A stretch of DNA of 64,000 nucleotides, taken from positions 2,565 to 66,564 of the forward strand of contig CAZRHI010000001.1 of NCBI GenBank assembly GCA_964599945.1, given 5' to 3'. The first letter of the stretch is position 1, and the number at the start of each line of letters is the position of its first letter. Made by a program: the position numbers and the translations under genes. Below the pieces are notes generated by a model, which worked only from the letters and a program-made list of their open reading frames with translations, made no database searches and was not told the DNA's origin. Source of the stretch: an uncultured Acetobacter sp. (GTDB lineage: Bacteria; Pseudomonadota; Alphaproteobacteria; RF32; CAG-239). Shown here piece by piece: positions 58,151-64,000 of this stretch.

Positions 58151-59965
58151 ATGAAAAAGATTTTTTTATTACCATTTTGTATCTCTTATGTTTGCAGTAT
58201 TTCTGCATGCGGTAGTAATTCGTATGACACTAAAGATGATGTCTTCATTTTTGACGACGAGCCTTCAGTGACTGATGCAGCAACAGATTCAGCTTCAAAA
58301 TGCGGTGTTAACGGGGTTAGCTGCAATGATAGTGCTTTGATTGATTACACACAAACCGAGGCAGATTATAGAGAATATGGAGAAAGAACTCCAAGAGACC
58401 ATCTCTACACAAAAGATGGAGCTGGCAATAATTTAGTTGCGACTATTACCCCTTCTTTAGAAGATGATATTGTTACACAATCTGGTAATCCTACTGACCT
58501 AGTAGCGAAGAAACATTTGCAAAGCGATATAATGGAAGATGTTTTGCTTGCAGAAGATGGGGATTTCTCCAACACAGACATAGACTCTTTTAAGGTGCAA
58601 CCTTTAGAGTATCGTCCTAACGTAAAAGAATCGTCTAATGTTAAAACGTCTGGACAAAAGAAGCGGTCTACAGCTTCTTATCCTGATTTGGAAGATGCAC
58701 CATATATGGGGATAGCAGGAAAAGACGACAAAAATAGTAATACTTATTCGCCAACAAAGGAAACATCATATGTTTCTGAAGTTGTGTGCGAAGGTGGAAG
58801 ATGCGAACGTATTGAGCGTAAAGTTGTTGAGACAGAAACAACCACGACAACTACTTGCCGTGGTAAAGAATGCGAATCTCGCGTTGTTTGCAAAGGTGGA
58901 AATTGCCACAATTCTTCCACATATACTGAACGTGTAGAAATTTGTGATAATGGTGATTGCCGTAAAGATTTTCGATATGAACCACTTATTACTAGTAGTA
59001 AAGAAAAAACTCGCACCGAGTACAAAGTTTCATGTAAAGGTAGTGAATGCAAAACTGCACCATTAAATTCAGAGGCAAAAGCTAAGACAAAGAACAAGGT
59101 GGTAACCACAAAAACAATAATAACGACGACAACTGAAGAAGATTCATGCCAAAGTGGTAATTGTGAATATAAGATTGTGTGTGAGAATCATCATTGCGTT
59201 AAAGAAAAAATTATCGACAAAGTAGAATACACTTCAAACGATTCAACGTTAGAGGCTAAAGTGTCTGACAAAAAGAGCAATGATTCTGTTAGATATGAAA
59301 CAATGAGTATATCTACAAAAACGAATCGTGGCGACGGTGTTGTTGAAGATAATTTTGAAAATAATAACGAGACAACTAACAAAGCTAGATCTGCTGATGA
59401 GAGAATAACTAAATATCAAACTTTTGGTAATCCGAGTACCAAAAAACGGACTGTACATAAGATAATACAAGAAAACAAGGCAAATGCACAAAATGCAGAA
59501 TACAAAGTTATCTGTGAAGGTGATTGCGATGATTTTGACAATAACAGACGTGTCGTTACTCCAGAATTCACCGAAGAATCTTTTGATATTGCAGATTATG
59601 TTGAGCCAGATAATGATGAAGTTATCTTTACGAATGTAGGGAATGAAGAAACAGTTATTAACGACGTTGATATTCGTGAAATAAAAATTAGTGATAATAC
59701 TGTTTTGACATGGGAAGCTGAAGAAGGAGAAAATTTGCGTGAATTACTCACAAAGTGGAGTGCGATGGCAGGTTGGAAACTACTTTGGCAAACAAATCGC
59801 AACTATGTGTTAAGTGCTGGTGTGATGTTTAAAGGAAAATTTGCTGATGTTAGTTCGGCTTTGGTGCGTGCTTTTGCAAGAGCGCGTCCTGCCCCAATAG
59901 CAACATATTATAAGGGTAATCGAGTTATTGTTGTTGAAACGATGGAGAATGAGAATGCGTACTAA
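58151..59965 (+). CDS. PilL-like lipoprotein with a C-terminal TcpQ-type domain and eight CxGxxC repeats
   Basis: Lipobox SISAC. C-terminal ...TWEAEEGENLRELLTKWSAMAGWKLLWQTNRNYVLSAGVMFKGKFADVSSALVRAF... matches the TcpQ/PilL domain partnered with T4b-pilus secretins. Central CEGGRCE/CRGKECE/CKGGNCH/CDNGDCR/CKGSECK/CQSGNCE/CENHHCV/CEGDCDD repeats. Confidence 0.6.
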   Translation: MKKIFLLPFCISYVCSISACGSNSYDTKDDVFIFDDEPSVTDAATDSASKCGVNGVSCNDSALIDYTQTEADYREYGERTPRDHLYTKDGAGNNLVATITPSLEDDIVTQSGNPTDLVAKKHLQSDIMEDVLLAEDGDFSNTDIDSFKVQPLEYRPNVKESSNVKTSGQKKRSTASYPDLEDAPYMGIAGKDDKNSNTYSPTKETSYVSEVVCEGGRCERIERKVVETETTTTTTCRGKECESRVVCKGGNCHNSSTYTERVEICDNGDCRKDFRYEPLITSSKEKTRTEYKVSCKGSECKTAPLNSEAKAKTKNKVVTTKTIITTTTEEDSCQSGNCEYKIVCENHHCVKEKIIDKVEYTSNDSTLEAKVSDKKSNDSVRYETMSISTKTNRGDGVVEDNFENNNETTNKARSADERITKYQTFGNPSTKKRTVHKIIQENKANAQNAEYKVICEGDCDDFDNNRRVVTPEFTEESFDIADYVEPDNDEVIFTNVGNEETVINDVDIREIKISDNTVLTWEAEEGENLRELLTKWSAMAGWKLLWQTNRNYVLSAGVMFKGKFADVSSALVRAFARARPAPIATYYKGNRVIVVETMENENAY

Positions 59966-61556
59966 AAGAAAGTGTTTGATTGGATTTGCTGGATTATTAC
60001 TGTTAGGAGTTGCGTCATGCTCTCTTCAGACAGATTTTGATGCAGCAGTAGAACGCGATGTTGATGCGACAATTAAATATAAGGAAGATGCGAAAGCTCC
60101 ACAAACTCAGGCTGATACAGATGTTATCAGAATCAAAGATGATATTTGGCTTGGCGACACAAGTGAGATTGAATATGAAGGAGATAAGCCTCTTCCGAGT
60201 TATTTGGAAACTGCAAATGGCGTAACACTTATTAGCAATCGCCCAATCACTTTGTATGAAATTGGAAATAAAATCAGCCAGATTACATCTATCAAGATGC
60301 GTTTTGCACCTCAATTAGAAGGAGCTGCTAAGGCGGCGGCTGACAAAAATATTCCAACTGTTAACAAAGTAGGAACTAGATGGGCGGATACTTCTCGTAT
60401 GCTTGTTTCATACAAAGGTTCGCTTAGTGGATTGTTAGATGAAGTTTGTTCGTATTTTGGTGTTTGGTGGAAATATGAACATGGTGAGATTTATATTTAC
60501 AAATATACCACTAAAACGTTTACATTATATACATTGCCAACTTCTCCTTCGATGACAGCTAGTGTTAGTAGCTCTTCAGGTGGTGGAAGTATAACTAGTG
60601 GTGTTTCTAGTATCGACTTATGGGGAAATATTGTAACAGCAGTTCGTTCTATGTTAGGTACAGGTTCTAGCTTAATTACAGACCCGATGAATGGTACTTT
60701 GACGATTACAGCAACACCTACAGAAATAAAGAAGGTAGCAAAGTTTGTTCATGAACAGAACATACGACTTTCTCGTCAAGTTGCTATTAGCGTTAAAGTA
60801 TTACAAGTTGAAGTTGATGAACAGCATGGTTATGGATTTGATTTAAATGCTGCATTTAAGGATCGTACTGAAAGAGGTGGCAATATTTCACTTACAGGAG
60901 TTACTGGTCCCCAAGGCTTGGTTGATGGCAACAGCAGTATTTCAATGAAAATTTTAAGTGGTGATGTTACAATCAATGCCGCGATGCAGGCTTTAGCTAC
61001 TCAAGGAACAACCACTTTAGTTACTAGTGGTACTGTTACAACAATGAATAACAAGCCAGCACCAATTCAAGTTGTAAAAAAGCAAAACTATATTTCGGAA
61101 TACACAAAGACTAACAATGGCACTATTGGTTCAGAAAGTAGCTATGACGTTACAGTTAGCACAGAGGAAATTGAAACTGGCTTTACATTAGATGTTTTAC
61201 CAAGAATTATGGACCATGGTAGATTGATGATGTTGTTTAGTTTGAATTTGTCTGACTTATTAGCTCTTGAAAATGTTAACTTAGATAGTTCAGACGAATC
61301 TGGTTATATTCAAAACCCAATTACAGAAGAAAGAGGTTTCTCTCAAGAGGTTGCATTAAAATCTGGTGAGACATTAGTTCTTTCTGGTTATGAGCGTGTA
61401 GAAACTAAGAGCAACAAGGAAGGTTTGGGTGCTGTTAACAATAATTTCTTTGGTGGAAAACAAAAACATGAAAAGAGCAGAAGCATTGTTGTTATTTTGT
61501 TAACCCCTGTTGTGTTAGAATCTCCATTATTACCTGAGTCTCGTATGAAATTTTAA
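59946..61556 (+). CDS. lipoprotein secretin of the type IVb pilus family (R64 PilN / TcpC / BfpB-like)
   Basis: Lipobox LLLGVASC. Secretin N-domain (TLTITATPTEIKKVAKFVHEQNIRLSRQVAISVKVLQVEVDE) and a C-terminal secretin domain (...VLSGYERVETKSNKEGLG...). Start is probably MRMRTKRK at 59946 rather than the tracked 59928. Confidence 0.75.
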   Translation, partial: RMRMRTKRKCLIGFAGLLLLGVASCSLQTDFDAAVERDVDATIKYKEDAKAPQTQADTDVIRIKDDIWLGDTSEIEYEGDKPLPSYLETANGVTLISNRPITLYEIGNKISQITSIKMRFAPQLEGAAKAAADKNIPTVNKVGTRWADTSRMLVSYKGSLSGLLDEVCSYFGVWWKYEHGEIYIYKYTTKTFTLYTLPTSPSMTASVSSSSGGGSITSGVSSIDLWGNIVTAVRSMLGTGSSLITDPMNGTLTITATPTEIKKVAKFVHEQNIRLSRQVAISVKVLQVEVDEQHGYGFDLNAAFKDRTERGGNISLTGVTGPQGLVDGNSSISMKILSGDVTINAAMQALATQGTTTLVTSGTVTTMNNKPAPIQVVKKQNYISEYTKTNNGTIGSESSYDVTVSTEEIETGFTLDVLPRIMDHGRLMMLFSLNLSDLLALENVNLDSSDESGYIQNPITEERGFSQEVALKSGETLVLSGYERVETKSNKEGLGAVNNNFFGGKQKHEKSRSIVVILLTPVVLESPLLPESRMKF

Positions 61557-61566
61557 GGAGTAGACC

Positions 61567-62835
61567 GTGGTTGAAGAAAACGACAATACATCATTAGATG
61601 TCTCAAAAGATGACAGCAAAGAATGGGCCGCAAGTTTTACGGTTGATGGTGTATCTTATGCCGCAAGTCTTTTTTGGGAAAGTTTGCAAAATATTGATGC
61701 CCCTTACTTAGATGCTAAGGAAGCTGCAGAAAATGTTTTAGTTGGTGCAGATTTGTTTTGCGTCAAGCACGGTAAATCTCCACAATTAGGTTTGGCTATT
61801 TCTTCTCAGGGCTTTAAAAAAGGAATGAATGTAGCCGCTTTTACAGCCGTTACAGCGATGAGTGATGCGTCTTCGCTTTTAGCAGTGTTTAAGGTTGATG
61901 CTGGTTATTGGTATTTATGCGTCAGAAACGATGTTATCCTTTCAGATGGTGATGTACTTTTTGTTAAGGAAGAAGATGCTAAAGAGCAGTTTATGTCGAT
62001 GTTATCTGTTCCTGACTGGAATAAGAAGATTGCACCAGAAGAATGGGGAATCGATGAAACCGAAATAAAAGACATCAAAGAGGTTTTGGCTAGTGGTCTT
62101 GATACAAAGTTAGAAAAAATTAACGCACTTAGAGGGTTTGAGTTAGTTATCGCTATTGTCTTACCCTTAATCGCAGCAGTATTCCTTATTAAATTTATTT
62201 CTCAAACATTTTTTACTACTCGAGTAAATGAAAATAAGGTTGTTACGCGTCGAGCGCAGAAAAAAGTTATTAAAGAAGTAGAAGAAGTTATTCCTGCACC
62301 ATGGGAATCGATGATTGACCCTGTATGGATGTTGGATAATTGCAGACAATCTATTTTATCTTTAGTAAATATTTCGACTCCTGGTTGGGTAAACACTGGT
62401 GTTACATGTTCTCAATCATCAGCAATTACATCTTGGAGGCGAGATTTTGGTCGTCTTTCGTGGATAGAAATGTCCTTGGCTTATTCTGGATTAACATTTG
62501 CTAGTAAATCTATTAGTGAACGTGGTGATGTTGTAACTGTATCTATACCATTTCAGACAGTAGAAAACATCAACTCCGCGCCAAAGAAATCTGCGGGAGA
62601 GCTACGAAATATGATAAATGACTTATTCCAAACCTTGAACTTATCTATCAGCATTGCTGATGGGCAGGTAAAAGTTGGCAATAAAATTTATGATTATCTA
62701 GACTTTGGTATAAATTCTATGTATGATCCAGAGGTTTGGAAAGAATTGTTAACAAAATTTTCAGGACTTAAGGTTAATAATATACGTTATAATCGTGGCG
62801 TATGGAATTATGAGGGGACAATTTATGTTCAATAG
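61567..62835 (+). CDS. PilO-like bitopic type IVb pilus biogenesis protein
   Basis: GTG start with an AAGGAG ribosome-binding site. 422 aa with one central TM (LVIAIVLPLIAAVFLI). Position and topology match R64/ICE PilO, which follows the PilN secretin. Confidence 0.5.
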   Translation: MVEENDNTSLDVSKDDSKEWAASFTVDGVSYAASLFWESLQNIDAPYLDAKEAAENVLVGADLFCVKHGKSPQLGLAISSQGFKKGMNVAAFTAVTAMSDASSLLAVFKVDAGYWYLCVRNDVILSDGDVLFVKEEDAKEQFMSMLSVPDWNKKIAPEEWGIDETEIKDIKEVLASGLDTKLEKINALRGFELVIAIVLPLIAAVFLIKFISQTFFTTRVNENKVVTRRAQKKVIKEVEEVIPAPWESMIDPVWMLDNCRQSILSLVNISTPGWVNTGVTCSQSSAITSWRRDFGRLSWIEMSLAYSGLTFASKSISERGDVVTVSIPFQTVENINSAPKKSAGELRNMINDLFQTLNLSISIADGQVKVGNKIYDYLDFGINSMYDPEVWKELLTKFSGLKVNNIRYNRGVWNYEGTIYVQ

Positions 62836-64000
62836 AGAGAAAAAGACACTTTTGGCTTTAGCTGTTTTAGTATTATTGCTTAGCCCAAATATCTTATATG
62901 CAGAGGAAGCACCTGCTCTATCTGTTAATAGCGAGGTTTTGCCTATTAGTGTAACAGAAGCTGGGCAACAAGCAGTTTCTGCTGATGAGGATAAATCGTC
63001 CAATACGCTTGTTTCTCCGTCTAAACCAAGCACAACAGAAGATATTGCTTCAGGTGAAAAAGACTTAGCAAAAGAAGAGGTTGCTATGTCTGCAAATAAT
63101 GAAGCGTCTACGTCCTCTGAAGCTTCCAATGCAGTTGCAGAGCCTGCACCTGTTAATGATAATTTTGATTTTGATTTAAAGCTTGAAACTGTTTCTATAC
63201 CAGTTGCACCGATAGCTCCTGAGGCAAATGGCTCTGTAGCAGATAACAATCAAGTTTTAACCGATGCAGATTTGCCTAAAACTGTACAATATAAGACGAA
63301 TCCGATTGATAATTTAAGTAATAGTGTGTTATCTCAAATGGATGATGATTTATTCTCACAGATGTCTGAGATTGAAAAAAGTACAACATTGCTCACTCTT
63401 GAACTGCGTAGAGAAAAGATTCGTAATGAAATTGAAGCTCAAAAGGCAATTAGACAAAAGGCTTTTGATGATTTAGAACGTCAAAAAGAGGAAGCTAAAT
63501 TAAAAGATTTAGAAAGAAAGAAACAAATTGAGGCAAAAGTTTTAAAAGAAAAGCAAGAGCTTTTGAGTCGGCAGCAGATTTTAGAAGTATTAAAACAACG
63601 TAAATTGTTGAATGCGTATATGAACCATATGTTAGTTACTCAACAGGCGTGGCTAAGAGAAAAAGAGAGTTTGTATGGTCGTATTTCTGCGATGGAACAA
63701 GAAAAGAAAGACCTTACAGATTTGTTTAAGCAAAAAGTTGAGAAACTATTAGAAGCTTCCGCACAGAATATTCAAGCAGCAGAGGCCGCAAGAGTTAATT
63801 TTGATCGTGTAGTAAAAAGCTTGAAAGCTCGTAATGAGCAATTACGTAAGCGTATTGAAGCTGATGCAAAAATCATTAAAAACGCACAGAGTAGTTTGCA
63901 TTTGAAATCTCAATCATTGGAAGAATTACAATCTAGAAATTCCTCATTAGAAAGTGATGCAGTTCAAGCCACTGGTTCTCTCCCAAAAGATGGAAAAGAA
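62825..64000 (+). CDS. secreted coiled-coil protein (PilP-like position), 3' end beyond the window
   Basis: ATG at 62825 overlaps the previous gene by 11 nt. Signal peptide LLALAVLVLLLSPNILYA followed by a long K/E/Q-rich coiled coil. The frame stays open to the window end. Confidence 0.5.
   Translation, partial: MFNREKKTLLALAVLVLLLSPNILYAEEAPALSVNSEVLPISVTEAGQQAVSADEDKSSNTLVSPSKPSTTEDIASGEKDLAKEEVAMSANNEASTSSEASNAVAEPAPVNDNFDFDLKLETVSIPVAPIAPEANGSVADNNQVLTDADLPKTVQYKTNPIDNLSNSVLSQMDDDLFSQMSEIEKSTTLLTLELRREKIRNEIEAQKAIRQKAFDDLERQKEEAKLKDLERKKQIEAKVLKEKQELLSRQQILEVLKQRKLLNAYMNHMLVTQQAWLREKESLYGRISAMEQEKKDLTDLFKQKVEKLLEASAQNIQAAEAARVNFDRVVKSLKARNEQLRKRIEADAKIIKNAQSSLHLKSQSLEELQSRNSSLESDAVQATGSLPKDGKE

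Overview
This window comes from an AT-rich bacterial chromosome (about 30-35% GC by eye). Core-gene synteny is alphaproteobacteria-like (rpsT-dnaA-dnaN-recF; rpmH-rnpA-yidD-yidC-engB), possibly Rickettsiales- or Holosporales-like, but I cannot name the organism. Positions 1-22.7 kb hold ordinary housekeeping genes near the replication origin: hslO, recX, an SDR epimerase, recG, mfd, mutM, rpsT, dnaA, dnaN, recF, gpsA, rpmH, rnpA, yidD, yidC and engB. A small lineage-specific insert sits between gpsA and rpmH. From 22.7 to 56.4 kb, entirely on the minus strand and tightly packed or overlapping, lies a type IV secretion system of about 33.7 kb. Its gene order matches the R388/Trw/VirB backbone: virB2 x3, virB3, virB4, four VirB5-like secreted coiled-coil paralogs, a 1683-aa Cys-rich secreted protein, a VirB8 paralog, a VirB7-like lipoprotein, virB8, a 761-aa virB9, a 3151-aa repeat protein, a 1425-aa virB10 and virB11. 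Several components are extraordinarily enlarged. The 3151-aa single-pass membrane protein between virB9 and virB10 is built almost entirely of DxxGxx(I/V)G beta-type repeats and contains about 11 near-identical tandem 315-bp DNA repeats. VirB10 carries a roughly 1000-aa N-terminal extension made of the same repeat family. VirB9 carries G/N/S-rich tandem repeats plus a SPOR-like C-terminus. I find no VirB6-like polytopic protein, no VirD4 coupling protein and no relaxase in the window. Immediately beyond the three virB2 genes, on the plus strand, is a type IVb (R64/TCP-like) pilus outer-membrane module. It comprises a PilL-like lipoprotein with a TcpQ-type C-terminal domain and eight CxGxxC repeats, a lipoprotein secretin, a PilO-like protein and a coiled-coil protein that runs off the window. 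The giant-repeat T4SS and its pairing with a T4b-pilus module is the candidate novel system. All calls rest on reading the supplied translations and sequence by eye; no database search was possible.
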